A stretch of 64,000 bases of DNA from a virus, in the IMG/VR virus record IMGVR_UViG_3300010965_000002, positions 112,944 through 176,943 of that record. The stretch is one strand, 5' to 3'. Every line of letters starts with the position of its first letter. Position 1 is the first letter of the stretch. The notes beneath the pieces are model-generated. The model did not search any database. It saw nothing but the letters and a program-made list of their open reading frames with translations, and was not told where the DNA came from. Position numbers and translations under genes: made by a program. Positions 18,227 to 29,417 of the stretch are shown here, piece after piece.

Positions 18227-19276
18227 TTATCCGATGGGATAGTAGTCAGGTAGCTCTCGAACGTTGGTTGTCTCAATCTTCCAACGCTTTTTCCAGGCTC
18301 GAATCTGCTCGATTGGTACGTTTCCAGGGTCTATCTTTCCGTCACCCTCAAATTGAATCTTGACGCGATGCACGTAGTCTTTCAACATGGGACTCACCAG
18401 CTTGATAGCTCCCTGGCCAGCCGAGTCGTTGTCAAAAGACAGGAAGATACGGTCTGGGTCAAGCGTCATCAGCAAGTCACGCTTTTCTTCGCCCCAGTTA
18501 TTCGTACCGAGCAAAGCAAGTGCAGGTATGCCACAACCGATCAGTCGAATAGCATCACGAGGACCTTCAACCAGAAAGATGCTGCGATCTGTACGCACGG
18601 CCAGCATGGCCTCAACCACATGGTAGGGAAACAGCGCATGAGTCTTGACCCATTCACCGGGAGCACTCAGATACTTGATACGTGTCTTCTTGAATACCTT
18701 GCAGCGTGCTTTGATTGCACCAGTGAGGACGTCGCCATTCCACTGTGGCAGAATACATACCTGGTTGTCGAACTTTTCATCCAGACTTAACCAGCCGCCT
18801 ATCTTGCGTACCAGCCATCCGGGTACACCACGCCATGATTGATTCTCAGGCCACGGTGCGTAGAACCCACAGTTCCATTGCTCAAGCAGAGTATCTATGT
18901 CCCAACCTTCACTCGGGTCGTATTGATCTTCTTCAACAGGAGATTCACGACGCACGTAGTTGGTGATTTGTGCGGAGTCACCCTCAATGGTTGCAAGTCC
19001 CAGCAATTTAGCCAATCCATTCCATCCACCGTTCTTGCCTGTTGATGCACGACAACCAAAACAGTAGTAACCACCAATGGGTGCCTTGCGATTGTTGCTA
19101 TCCAGATTGATGTACAACGAGGGTTGAGTCTCATTGTGAAACGGACAGGGTATTGCTACCCGTTTCTTGTTGTGCAAACGTTCACCCATGTGACGTTCGA
19201 GTTCAGCGACGATTACCTGATGGGCATCGCTTACGAATTTAGCCATGATCTGTTCCTTATTGTCCGACGCCTTCAC
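18227..19276 (-). CDS. DNA primase (zinc finger plus TOPRIM)
   Basis: CPFHNET...YYCFGC zinc finger; FLVEGPRDA and SFDNDSAG TOPRIM motifs. Confidence 0.9.
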   Translation of the reverse strand: MKASDNKEQIMAKFVSDAHQVIVAELERHMGERLHNKKRVAIPCPFHNETQPSLYINLDSNNRKAPIGGYYCFGCRASTGKNGGWNGLAKLLGLATIEGDSAQITNYVRRESPVEEDQYDPSEGWDIDTLLEQWNCGFYAPWPENQSWRGVPGWLVRKIGGWLSLDEKFDNQVCILPQWNGDVLTGAIKARCKVFKKTRIKYLSAPGEWVKTHALFPYHVVEAMLAVRTDRSIFLVEGPRDAIRLIGCGIPALALLGTNNWGEEKRDLLMTLDPDRIFLSFDNDSAGQGAIKLVSPMLKDYVHRVKIQFEGDGKIDPGNVPIEQIRAWKKRWKIETTNVRELPDYYPIG

Positions 19277-19297
19277 ATTGCTGTGCGCATCACATCA

Positions 19298-19306
19298 TAT
19301 TTACAG
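19298..19306 (-). promoter_or_regulatory. CTGTAAATA putative phage promoter
   Basis: 21 nt upstream of primase ORF. Confidence 0.65.
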
Positions 19307-19764
19307 TAAGCGTGTGCCCATGCAGATTCAAACTCTGGTCTGCCGTTGCCAATGTCAAACAAGACTCTACAGCAAGTAGTTCAGTTGTCAACTGATATTG
19401 ATCTATTAGGATAGTAATGGGAATACACTGTATTGGGACATATATGTATTCCGCTGTCTCTAATAAGAGTGTGAATGATCTATGAACTATATGGGAAGTA
19501 GAGCTATGGCTATGGCTATTACTCTCATTCTCCAATAATGATACATGGGCCAGCTACGGTCATCTTTCAGGCACAGCTACGTCCCAACTAATGCAATCCA
19601 TTGAATACGTGCATATCACGAACTATGCCTGTAAAAACACCGCAACGAGGCCCTCAATGGCATGGTTGACAACCTAACCAAAGCTATGCGAAGTTGTATA
19701 ATTACATACAACTCTACACAGTTCCTATGCCTATGATGCTGAAACATTCGCTTGTAACAGAAAG

Positions 19765-19773
19765 CTGTAAATA
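19765..19773 (+). promoter_or_regulatory. CTGTAAATA putative phage promoter
   Basis: 29 nt upstream of 19803 ORF. Confidence 0.65.
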
Positions 19774-19802
19774 GTTCGTGTCAGTCAAACAACCAGGAGA
19801 AT

Positions 19803-20153
19803 ATGATGACGCTTCCTTATCCAGACATCAACAGCAAGCCAGTACAGCTAATGACCCCAACAGAACGTGTATTCGACGGGTGTTTCAACGCAGCGGTGTA
19901 CAGCCCGGTATGGAAATACTTGATCTATCCCATACGCACTGCATTACGACAACACCCTACGCGCTTGGTACGTGCAGCGGCTGTGTGTAGTCCTTGGCTC
20001 CTGTTTCCATACACATTGGGCATGTGGATTGTTTGCCTTGTTATGCGTATTTCGCTCATGCTTGTAGGCATAGTCATATTGCTTGGCGGATTGCTGCATA
20101 GCCTGCCCAGCCGTACATATCAACGTATCGCAAAGTGGTACAACAGCCTTTAA
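19803..20153 (+). CDS. hypothetical membrane protein
   Basis: AGGAGA RBS; hydrophobic C-terminal half. Confidence 0.6.
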   Translation: MMTLPYPDINSKPVQLMTPTERVFDGCFNAAVYSPVWKYLIYPIRTALRQHPTRLVRAAAVCSPWLLFPYTLGMWIVCLVMRISLMLVGIVILLGGLLHSLPSRTYQRIAKWYNSL

Positions 20154-20166
20154 GGAACTACAGATT

Positions 20167-20490
20167 ATGAAGAAAAGTACATCATCTAAGCCTGCTATGG
20201 CTATTCGCAGAGAACGGGGCCGAACAGAAGTGGACATTGCTCCTGTTAAGCGGAAGAAGGTGGCTGCCGTTGTTGGTGCAGACCAAGTTGTGCGGGTTGA
20301 CCGTGAGACTCTGGCTCAATTGGTTGCTGAGACATTAGAGAAAAAGCGCAAGTCAGAGGGTAAACGCAAACAGTATGTTTCACGCAGCAGCGAGATTATC
20401 CGCGTGCCCAATGAGTTGGTAAAGAAGGTCAAAGCCATGATCGCTGAGTACCGCAAGACCCGTCGTGAAGACCCTGACCGCTACATCTAA
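20167..20490 (+). CDS. basic hypothetical protein, possible DNA binder
   Basis: K/R-rich; IRVPNELV resembles a ribbon-helix-helix strand. Confidence 0.55.
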   Translation: MKKSTSSKPAMAIRRERGRTEVDIAPVKRKKVAAVVGADQVVRVDRETLAQLVAETLEKKRKSEGKRKQYVSRSSEIIRVPNELVKKVKAMIAEYRKTRREDPDRYI

Positions 20491-20495
20491 CCACT

Positions 20496-20771
20496 ATGCC
20501 TAAACATAAGAATACCAATTTGCTGACCGTCGCCCGCTTGCTTGCAGTAGCCGATGAATGCCGCGCAGCAATAGCCGCAGGTGAAATGGATGCCAATTCG
20601 GTTGTCTACCTCTCTGTTGAAGTCTGCAAAGACGGGGACGAAAGTACCTACAACAATCGCGTACACGGTGGCGACGTAATTGAATTCGGTGTAGCGACCC
20701 AATTGTTTGCAGGCAAATACGTACACATGCAAGTAATAGGCGAACCAAACTTTGAGGTGTACAAACCGTGA
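20496..20771 (+). CDS. hypothetical protein
   Basis: Operon-packed ORF. Confidence 0.6.
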   Translation: MPKHKNTNLLTVARLLAVADECRAAIAAGEMDANSVVYLSVEVCKDGDESTYNNRVHGGDVIEFGVATQLFAGKYVHMQVIGEPNFEVYKP

Positions 20772-21289
20772 CCGATATGACCGATATGACCGATATGACA
20801 GACAGCATCCCAGTATTTCTTGACATCGACGGCGTCCTGCAATCAGCGGCATCCGTTATGGCTGGAACACCCATTGTGCATTCTCACGATCTACCTGGTG
20901 TACAGCGTATGAAGACCACACAGGCCACGGCGCTGTTACTACGTGTACAAAATCTGCATGAACCTCGCATTCACTGGTGGATAGCAAGCAGTTGGTGCAA
21001 CCACAACCACCCTGATGAACTGTGTGAGGCTTTCACCGCATTGGGATTCAAGAACGTGCATACGTGTGCATCAGGTCATCGCTTGACTCGTGTACAAAAG
21101 GTGTTGGCTGGCATGACACCAGAAAAACGTGAGGCTGCTATCATCATCGACGACAGCGCAGCGTTTCGAGGCACAGAGCTAGAAGGTTGCTGGATTGACA
21201 TTGACGCCCGTAACGGATTTGATGGCACAGCCTACTACCAGATGCTGCATATGTTGGGCGTCAGCAAACCGGAGCTATTCCTGTGGTGA
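20768..21289 (+). CDS. HAD-family phosphatase (Swiss-army-knife RNA-repair-like)
   Basis: VFLDIDGVL, IASSW, IIIDDS, DARNGFD. Confidence 0.75.
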   Translation: MTDMTDMTDMTDSIPVFLDIDGVLQSAASVMAGTPIVHSHDLPGVQRMKTTQATALLLRVQNLHEPRIHWWIASSWCNHNHPDELCEAFTALGFKNVHTCASGHRLTRVQKVLAGMTPEKREAAIIIDDSAAFRGTELEGCWIDIDARNGFDGTAYYQMLHMLGVSKPELFLW

Positions 21290-22973
21290 ACGCATCAAAG
21301 CAACGCAAGCGCCTGCAAGCTGCGGAACAACTGCGCCGGGAATTTGAACTCTGGTTGTTGACAACAGAATGGGCTGATATGACCAGTCCTCCCTGTACTG
21401 AGCGGCGTCCAGAACGTCCAGGTGCTTACTGGTATGCTCACGTTGATCTGGCGTGGCGTGCTTATCAGGCAATGCACTCACGCTTACGGCTACGTGCCCA
21501 CATTGTGCATCATGCGATGGCCGAACCTGAACTCAGTTGGAACAAACACGTTACGAGTTTGCGTGACGCACCACTGTATGTATTGAAACGCCAACGAGGC
21601 CCAAAATGAAGATGTATGCGCGAACCAAGATCAAACTGATTTGGCTGTTCCTGTCAATGGCAGTGTTCTATTTCACTGTTATCGAATACGGTCACACCCG
21701 TGATGTGTGGTGGTCGTTAGGTCATGGCTGCCGCATGGTGGCCTTGGTATGGTTAGGTCAATGGATTCATCAACTCAAAGGAATACGATCATGACAATCG
21801 GAACTGGTTTAGCTTGTATGGGTATGTGGTTGTGTACAGCAGCAATGTGGTTTTCGCCAAGTGTACGTGGCTGGGTTTGCCTTGTGGTGACGGCAACAGC
21901 ATTCGTATTCACAGGCTACATGATGTAAATAGAGCATAGCATGTCAATGATCTTAACCTTCGTAGACACGAAGGGTGAAACCCTTTTCAGCAATCACAAC
22001 GCTCAGTCAGTTCCTCGTGCTGGCGATCAGATTGTGTATACCTTCAACATCCACGACGAGGACGAGTGGAACCAAGAAAGCCTTAACGAACATCGTGCCT
22101 TGCACGGTCGTAGCTGGCGCGTGGTAACTGTTGTTCATGAATTCGGGCGGCATGAAATCAAGGCCGAGAGCCACCGCATCTTCATTACCCTTGCAAAGCC
22201 AAAACAATGACACCTTTTGAAATCAGTCCTGCCAACCGACGCTTCATCAAGTTCGAGGGTGAGTTTCTCGAACTGCCTACCAATGAAGATGCGGAACGTC
22301 TGTGCACCCAGTTGAATCGCTTGATGGCTAAACGCGCTTGTGTTCATCACGCAAGCCAGGCCCAACGTGTATTGCTGGACAGCACCCAACTCGATCAACT
22401 GATCTATTGGTACGGCGATCAACCCAATGTCTTGGTGCAACAACACCAACAACGGGACCACTCGGTTGTTACGTCAGCATCCCTACCTCATGACACAGAG
22501 CAATGTGCTATCGTGCTGGAGGCCAAGACACCATTCCCATTTGTGAGGAAAACATGACCACAAAATTCAACCCTGAGCCGTGGAACCGAGCGATCAATGC
22601 AGCCCTTGATCTGTTGTTCACTCAACAACATGGGCGCACTATGAGCCACTACGCCAACCTTGCCGATTGGTCGCACATGCACAACACTGTGGCACTGGCA
22701 GCAGGTTGCACTACGGGGCTGAGTACGTGGATTCATACGCAGGCCACTGAGCACGATCTGATTGTGACTGTCACCACAGACGAAGCCCAACGCAATCGAC
22801 GCACTATGGCTCCAAAGGCTCCGGTGTTGGCCGTTGAGGAGCTTATCAACATGGCTACCGTTTACCAACGCATTTACGTTGACGGTGCTTCCCGCTTGGG
22901 ACCAAAAGAGATAGACAAGATTTTCCGCTGTACCGCCCGTACACCAGAGCAACGCTGGTTGCTGTTAGGCTAA
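21283..22973 (+). other. run of six small hypothetical CDS (21283-21609, 21606-21794, 21791-21928, 21941-22210, 22207-22557, 22554-22973)
   Basis: Consecutive ORFs, mostly with overlapping stop/start; two are short and hydrophobic. Confidence 0.6.
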
Positions 22974-22974
22974 T

Positions 22975-23832
22975 ATGTCAACCGTTACGTTTTATACCGC
23001 CGCAGGCACAGAGCTTGTCTACAGCATCAACGATACCAAGGTAGCGCGTGCTTGGTTGCAGTTGCTGCACACTGCCAGCCCTGATAGCCTGCTGCGCCAG
23101 CAAGAGAACTCTCTGCACGGATTTGCCTCGGCCGAGGTTTACGCATTGCGCTGTCAGCAACTACGTGAGGTTTGCACTGCATTGTCTATCGAAGTACCGG
23201 AGGTGCTTGACCAACAGGCTCTTAACGTCTTGCACTTGAACTTCCCCAACGGCACACACGGTTTATCCAAAGATGAATCGGCACAGGCCCGCAAGCAGTT
23301 GATGACCTTGAACTTGTTGGTTCACTGGATTGAATACGAGCTTGCCAATCAAACACATCAGCGCCATCAGTACCTGGTCAACCTTGACTTCAATCACGAC
23401 GCTGCCCATTACAGTCAACCTGGCTACATCGACCAAGATCAGCTAAAAGGCTTTAGTGCTGATATGTCCTTTGGTTCACTGCATCTGCATTACACGTACA
23501 CTGGCCGACACTTCTTGGAAATGTTCGATGCCCTTGACAACGCCTCACCTATTGCGCATTTCCGACCACAACGCAATTTCAATGCGACCTGCGGCTTGAT
23601 CTTTTCGGAGCCACAGGACAATGCAGCACGACGGGTCGCTATGCTCAAGTATTACAACGACCGAGGCGCACGCCGATTCTGGCCGCACGACTTTGAAGAC
23701 CCGCGCATGTGCATAGGCTTCTACCAACTAGGTCAGCTACAAAACTTTGACGCCAGTGCTGATGCCCGTGACCAATTGCGTGCGCAACTGTCAACTGACC
23801 CTATCGTTAACTGGACAATAAATGATTCCTAA
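22975..23832 (+). CDS. hypothetical protein coupled to glycosyltransferase
   Basis: 285 aa; overlaps GT start. Confidence 0.65.
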   Translation: MSTVTFYTAAGTELVYSINDTKVARAWLQLLHTASPDSLLRQQENSLHGFASAEVYALRCQQLREVCTALSIEVPEVLDQQALNVLHLNFPNGTHGLSKDESAQARKQLMTLNLLVHWIEYELANQTHQRHQYLVNLDFNHDAAHYSQPGYIDQDQLKGFSADMSFGSLHLHYTYTGRHFLEMFDALDNASPIAHFRPQRNFNATCGLIFSEPQDNAARRVAMLKYYNDRGARRFWPHDFEDPRMCIGFYQLGQLQNFDASADARDQLRAQLSTDPIVNWTINDS

Positions 23833-24487
23833 GATCATCCATCAAACATGGGCAACGTCTGCGATTCCAGAACCTTATCTTGGATGGTCAGCAACATGGA
23901 TTGACAATCATCCAGGCTATGACTACCAACTGCACACGGATGCCGACAACCTTCGGCTAGTGGAACAGCATTACCCACAGTGGTTGCCAACCTACTTATC
24001 GTATCCACATAACATTCAGCGTGTTGACCTCGCACGTTTGATGTGGCTGCACAAGTATGGAGGCATTTACGCCGACATGGATATGCAGTGCCTGCAAAAT
24101 ACAGAGGCGTTGTTCATCACAGATATGCTGGTGCTCGAACCCTCGTCCAATTATTTAGGCGCTACTTGGCTTCCAGCTAATTGGGTCATGGCGTTTGAGC
24201 CAGGCGCAATGTTTCTGACTAACGCTCTTGATCGCGCACTGGACCCTTTCATCTACACGGGTGTGAAGCGCAAAGACGTATGCTGGTCAACAGGCGCTGG
24301 TTTGCTGCTCAGAACTTGGCGAACACTCAAGAACTACAACTTGCCAATGCCTGCTGTATCATCGTCGTTCCTGTTTTCACCGTACACGCATCAACAAATG
24401 CAGCGGGCCCAACGTGGCAATCAAGTCATCGACACAGACATCGAAGGCGCATACGGCATTCATCATTTCAAAGGAAGCTGGTGGTAA
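23822..24487 (+). CDS. GT32-like (OCH1/DXD) glycosyltransferase
   Basis: IPKIIHQTW, RVDLARLMWLHKYGGIYADMD, STGAG, HHFKGSW. Confidence 0.85.
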   Translation: MIPKIIHQTWATSAIPEPYLGWSATWIDNHPGYDYQLHTDADNLRLVEQHYPQWLPTYLSYPHNIQRVDLARLMWLHKYGGIYADMDMQCLQNTEALFITDMLVLEPSSNYLGATWLPANWVMAFEPGAMFLTNALDRALDPFIYTGVKRKDVCWSTGAGLLLRTWRTLKNYNLPMPAVSSSFLFSPYTHQQMQRAQRGNQVIDTDIEGAYGIHHFKGSWW

Positions 24488-24488
24488 T

Positions 24489-25065
24489 ATGAGTCACACA
24501 ATCATCCATCGCAACGGTGTGTTCAACCTGTACAGTTCAATCTCGGATTCACCCGTGTTTGAATCAGGTTTGACCGAAGAACAACTTACGCAGTACACGG
24601 CTTCGCAATACGGGCTGAATGGTTTGAAGACGCTGCCCGATCGTATCAAGCGTGCTCAACTCAAAGGCACTAGCAGTCATATCGCAATGAGCCTTGAGTC
24701 AGAAATCATGTGCAACCGAGCCGGCCCCAAAGAGTCGCAACTCCCTCTCGACGTGTTTGTTGCACAGTACCTCACACTGAAAGCACAAAATGAAAATCCC
24801 AACTGAACCCTTCTACGCTGTGACGTTTGAAAGCTCACAGACAATCCCCGGTGATGAACGTAGTCGCACACATCCTGGCCACGGCTATCCAGAGCACACT
24901 GTCAGCACCCAGGAGCTCAAAATCTTCAAGGACCAAGACGAATTCAAAAACTGGATTCTTGATGAAGCTAATAAGGGTTATGGGAAACGCAGCTACACAG
25001 CACTGCACTGCAAGCCCTTCACTGTAACACTGGATGTGCAAGTAAACTTGCCACCTAACATGTAA
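24489..25065 (+). other. two small hypothetical CDS (24489-24806, 24790-25065)
   Basis: Operon-packed ORFs. Confidence 0.6.
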
Positions 25066-25080
25066 TACAAGGAGTCTGTT

Positions 25081-26229
25081 ATGGAAGCCGTAGTCTGTGT
25101 AGACTGGACACCCTTGAATCAAGTGTGGTCGCAGCACAACCCAACTGAGAAACGTTGGCAGAACTGGTTGAACCGTAATCTGCGCAACCACCTGCAACGC
25201 AAAGTCTCAGAAGGCTTAATTGGTACGTCTGGTTCCATAGGCATAAGTCATGCAACCAACTGCGTAGGACTCGCGCACCATGTTGGCCTTACACCTCGCG
25301 ATGCTATGCTGCACACCAATCGAGGCCTGTCGATCAGTTACCGTACCTTGGATATGTATGGCATCGACGCTAAACTGCGCCAGCACTATGAGTACGGCGG
25401 CATTCTGTACGCTTGGGACGATACCAGCTTTGCTGAACACCGTCAGCAACTAGATCACCTGTACGAAGCTATGGTCGCCACACAAAAGCGGCCTGACTTC
25501 TCGGTTATCACTGTTGAACAGGCTCACAAGATTGCCGAAGATTGGGTTGCAGAACTCAATCGTCGTGCAGTAGAAAGCGGAGGCACCACCAACATCGTTT
25601 GGTCTTGGACAGCGCGCTGTACCTCGCCTACTATCGTCACTGACGAAAACTTTGACAAGCCGCCTACTGAGAAAGAGACTACTGAACAGTGGGAAGCGCA
25701 CATATTGCTTGACCAACCTGCTTATCAGGCAGAAGGTCAGAACATGGCGCACTGCGTTGCAACGTACTGGGGCAAAAAGTGTAAAATATACTCACTACGT
25801 TGCGATGGTGTTCGTAAAGCCACCTTGGAAATCAATGACGACACTTTGAGCTACTCAGGTGGCAAAACTGTATGTACTCAGATACGAGGTGAGCGTAATG
25901 CCCGCCCCGAGCAACACGTTCTCGACATAGCTCACCGCTTTCTTGAACACATCGGATGTGCTAAGCCCTCAGCTATAACTACTGGTCTGCTTCAAGGCGA
26001 GATTGGTCGTATGCACGGCGTTAACATTGTGGCGAACAACAATCATGGGATGCAACTAGGTAATCTTGCAAACGGTCTATCTGTTGGCGGTGCACCTATG
26101 TTTGAGTACATACGTGATATGCAGGTCACACAAGACTTCAACGGTCGTGGCCCCGAGATTACTTTAACTGGCGTACCAACCCGTGCGGGCATGGATGCGC
26201 TTCAACAAATTTGGAGAACAGTTCGATGA
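25081..26229 (+). CDS. PcfJ-like domain protein
   Basis: EGQNMAHCVATYW...YSLR...KATLEI...QIRGERN; AAGGAG RBS. Confidence 0.65.
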   Translation: MEAVVCVDWTPLNQVWSQHNPTEKRWQNWLNRNLRNHLQRKVSEGLIGTSGSIGISHATNCVGLAHHVGLTPRDAMLHTNRGLSISYRTLDMYGIDAKLRQHYEYGGILYAWDDTSFAEHRQQLDHLYEAMVATQKRPDFSVITVEQAHKIAEDWVAELNRRAVESGGTTNIVWSWTARCTSPTIVTDENFDKPPTEKETTEQWEAHILLDQPAYQAEGQNMAHCVATYWGKKCKIYSLRCDGVRKATLEINDDTLSYSGGKTVCTQIRGERNARPEQHVLDIAHRFLEHIGCAKPSAITTGLLQGEIGRMHGVNIVANNNHGMQLGNLANGLSVGGAPMFEYIRDMQVTQDFNGRGPEITLTGVPTRAGMDALQQIWRTVR

Positions 26230-26810
26230 TTAAATGGAGCCCCTCAACAGACGAAGCACTACTTCTGTCTACTCCTCACGAACGTGTGTTGCGTCACTAC
26301 TGCATCGAGCCTGATGTGGACACCGCGCAAATTGTCATGTGCGCGTCTTACGACGAAAAGGTGATCGCAAGTGCCGCTGCCTATTACGACAGCCAAAAGA
26401 TTGGCTACAAGCGTGTGGACAGTCAGTTCTTCAAAGCAGGGCCGGCAGTCCCTTGCTTGGTGCGCAAGCGTTTGATTCACGGCTACATCGGGATTGATCT
26501 TGATGGCACGCTGGCTCATTACGAAGGCTGGAACGACGGTGTTATTGGCAAGCCTATACCTTTGATGGTTGCACGTATGTGGCACTGGTTATCAGAAGGT
26601 CGTGAAGTTCGCATTGTCACTGCACGAGGTGGCGATGCTGCTGAACTCGACCGCGTGTACAAATGGCTGTGGGAGAGCTTCCACCTGATGATTCCAGTGC
26701 AGAACACCAAGACCTTCCGTATGCACGAACTCTGGGACGACCGTGCTATTCAAGTTGTGGCTAACACAGGCTTGACTCTACGCGAAACCATCCAGGATGA
26801 TGGTCGCTAA
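26226..26810 (+). CDS. HAD-like phosphatase with N-terminal extension
   Basis: GIDLDGTLAHY, IGKPIP, IVTAR, WDDRA. Confidence 0.7.
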   Translation: MIKWSPSTDEALLLSTPHERVLRHYCIEPDVDTAQIVMCASYDEKVIASAAAYYDSQKIGYKRVDSQFFKAGPAVPCLVRKRLIHGYIGIDLDGTLAHYEGWNDGVIGKPIPLMVARMWHWLSEGREVRIVTARGGDAAELDRVYKWLWESFHLMIPVQNTKTFRMHELWDDRAIQVVANTGLTLRETIQDDGR

Positions 26811-26831
26811 CTTACCACTCAAGGAACTCAA

Positions 26832-28826
26832 ATGAGCGAACCCGTACTGCTGTCAGTAGTTAACAGCCTCCGTGACTTAATGCGTCGTCCAGCAGTACCT
26901 GCTGGCCGTGTTCTTATCGACCACGAACTGAACAAGAAGCGTGACCCGAAAATGGCCGTGGCCTTGAACAACGCTATTCGTTGGCTTGTTCAAGAAGGTG
27001 AGCTTGCCCGTCAGACAAACGAAACAGAACCTCGTTGGTGGTTAGTTGATCGTGGTATACCCACTGATCGTGACGACCAAGTGATTCCGTTGACCACGGG
27101 TCTTGAACGCCCCTTTGATGGTGAACTGATTGACGACACCAAACCAAAACGTGTTGTCAAGGAAGCAGTCAAAGCACCAGAGCCTGCACCAGTTGTGAAA
27201 GCCGTTGAACCAGAAGCCAAGCCTGCGTTGGACAATTGGTTAGCAACCTCGGCTGGTCTAGCTGTCAAGCCACCAGAAGGCAGTCTTGACACTCGAATCC
27301 TTGCTGTGGTCACACGGCTTTGTGCAGTGGCTAATCGGCCTGTGTCACGTACCGCCATTCTGGAAGAAATGGAAGGCGCTGCGGCTGATCGCATGTTGAA
27401 AATGCGTTTGGCCTACGTCTGCAAAGTGAAAGGTGCTGTCATCTTCTGGGAAGAGACAAGTGACCGCGAAGCAATGTACTGGCCCAAAGGTCAAGAACTT
27501 GACGAAGACATTGCCGATTCGTTTGGCCCTGTGTCAAACAAACGCAAGCCAAAGAAAGCACCAAAGCGCAAAGCTCCTGAACCCGAAGTAGTCGCACAGC
27601 CTACTGTCTTTACTCTCGATGCAGAGGCTGACCCTGTATGGAGCATCGACAGCACTGGTGAACTCGGCTGCATTGTCGAAGGTCAGTACGTAATGGTGCT
27701 GCTACCCAAACATGCCAATTCTCTAAACCGCTTCATGCAAGCAACCAACGGCGTACACGCCAACAAGGACTCAAATGCTACTTAACCTTTTACTCACGGC
27801 TGTCTGCGCCTTTTGCATCGGCGTACTATCCATCATTCTGATTGCGCGTGACAACGGCCTCTGGATTGCTGGTGGCTCATGGGGCACTGCATCCGGCAAC
27901 GTCTTTGTGCGTACCCGAATCTACAGCTTCTGCCTCTTTGGCTGGTACCCTTTCGTGCGTCTGCGCTTTCGTTACTGGGCACGTACTCCAGAATACCGCT
28001 CAATGCTCGCCGCCGAGGTACGTGACTTGCTACACGTTCAGGGCGTTGATGGCACATGGAACCACAGTCCGTACCAACAAGGTATGTACAACGGCCTCGA
28101 AGTGGCAACTGCACTTCTTGAGCAACGGGAAGCCGAATTCCGTGAACCACCTCAACAGTGGCTTTGCGACTTGGACTCTACCCCAGACAACGACACTATG
28201 CTTGAAGGCGTAGCTATCAGTCTCACCGTGCGTGATGACTACGACACTTGCAATCCCTAACATTTAACAGGAGTAGAAATATGAAACCGTGGCAATTCCC
28301 CAGTGGTCAATGGCTTGACCTTGAGTGCATCCAGACAGTATCTGTCATCATGGAGCAACCTGAACAACAAACCGAAGACGCGCCTGTAACGTATCGCCGT
28401 TGGTTCTCGCTGACCTTGGCGTTCCAAACACAACCCTTGGTCATTCAAGTGTTCAGCCAACATGAAGGCAGCGTGTTGACTGATGAACAATGGCTCAAGG
28501 CTTGCGCAAGTCTGAACCATGAACGTGACGCGGTGTTGAATGCCTGGCGTGGCAGTGATGCTATCGAACTGGTGTTTGATGCGTCCTCAGTGACTGACGC
28601 CATTACCAACGTCACACCCGAAGGTTACGAACTCGAACTGACGCTGCTGATCGCAAACGATGTGTCAGGTACTGCACTTGTCAACTTCATTCAGCAACTG
28701 CCGCAACTGCAACCTCCGGTTGATGAAGTACCAGCACTGCCACCCATTGCTGCCGAAGCACTGAACCCTATGGACTCTACCGCCACTGGTAACGAAGGTG
28801 ACGAAGAAAGCGACGAGTGGCAATAA
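26832..28826 (+). other. three hypothetical CDS (26832-27785, 27775-28260, 28281-28826)
   Basis: Long ORFs, two with AGGA RBS; no recognisable family. Confidence 0.6.
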
Positions 28827-28829
28827 GCT

Positions 28830-29417
28830 ATGGCAAACATCGTCCTCGATATTGACGATACACTAATGAGTACAGCCCGCCTTTTGGTGGCTGCGCTCAA
28901 TAGTCTGACAGGTCAAGCGCACAACCATCACACGTTGTACTCCTATGATCTGTCCAACGTGTATCTGCTGCCTGCTGACGTTATTCAAGATTGCTTCCGT
29001 GACCAAAAATCACTGGAGCAGGTTGAGTGGTCAGGCGATCAAGAAGTTTGGAACTCACATGTATGGCGTTGGGCCGAACAAGGGCACAATGTTGTTTACT
29101 GCACTGCGCGTGGCTGGCATCCTGATGCTGATGCAATCACCACACAACATCTGACGCGAGTAGGCGAGACACCGTGTGAAGTGGTCATCGTACCTCATGG
29201 TGAATCGAAGATCACAGCACTCGCACAACGAGGTATTGTCCCTCATGTGTTTGCCGACGATGTTTACGCGCACGTTGTTGAAGCACATCATGCAGGTGCA
29301 CGATCAATTCTCTTTGGTCAACCTTGGAACCATTTGAATGTATGGGGCAACCGCGTACTGACGCAACAGGAACTTGTTGACGCAGTTGACGAAGCCTTGC
29401 ACGCACGTACTGGTTAA
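28830..29417 (+). CDS. 5'(3')-deoxyribonucleotidase-like HAD protein
   Basis: VLDIDDTL, YCTARG, FADD, QPWN. Confidence 0.75.
   Translation: MANIVLDIDDTLMSTARLLVAALNSLTGQAHNHHTLYSYDLSNVYLLPADVIQDCFRDQKSLEQVEWSGDQEVWNSHVWRWAEQGHNVVYCTARGWHPDADAITTQHLTRVGETPCEVVIVPHGESKITALAQRGIVPHVFADDVYAHVVEAHHAGARSILFGQPWNHLNVWGNRVLTQQELVDAVDEALHARTG

Larger units (their letters stand above)
19277..19802. promoter_or_regulatory. divergent non-coding control region, candidate replication origin
   Basis: Strand switch; outward-facing CTGTAAATA at 19298(-) and 19765(+); AT-rich tract; 7 CTATG copies. Confidence 0.45.

Noticed and set aside
19290-19535. 81-aa Ser/His-rich ORF on the minus strand
   Set aside because: Atypical AT-rich low-complexity sequence, no clear RBS, and it runs over the primase promoter motif
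19666-19702. Consensus sigma70 promoter TTGACA...TATAAT
   Set aside because: The hexamers are 25 nt apart, too far for sigma70
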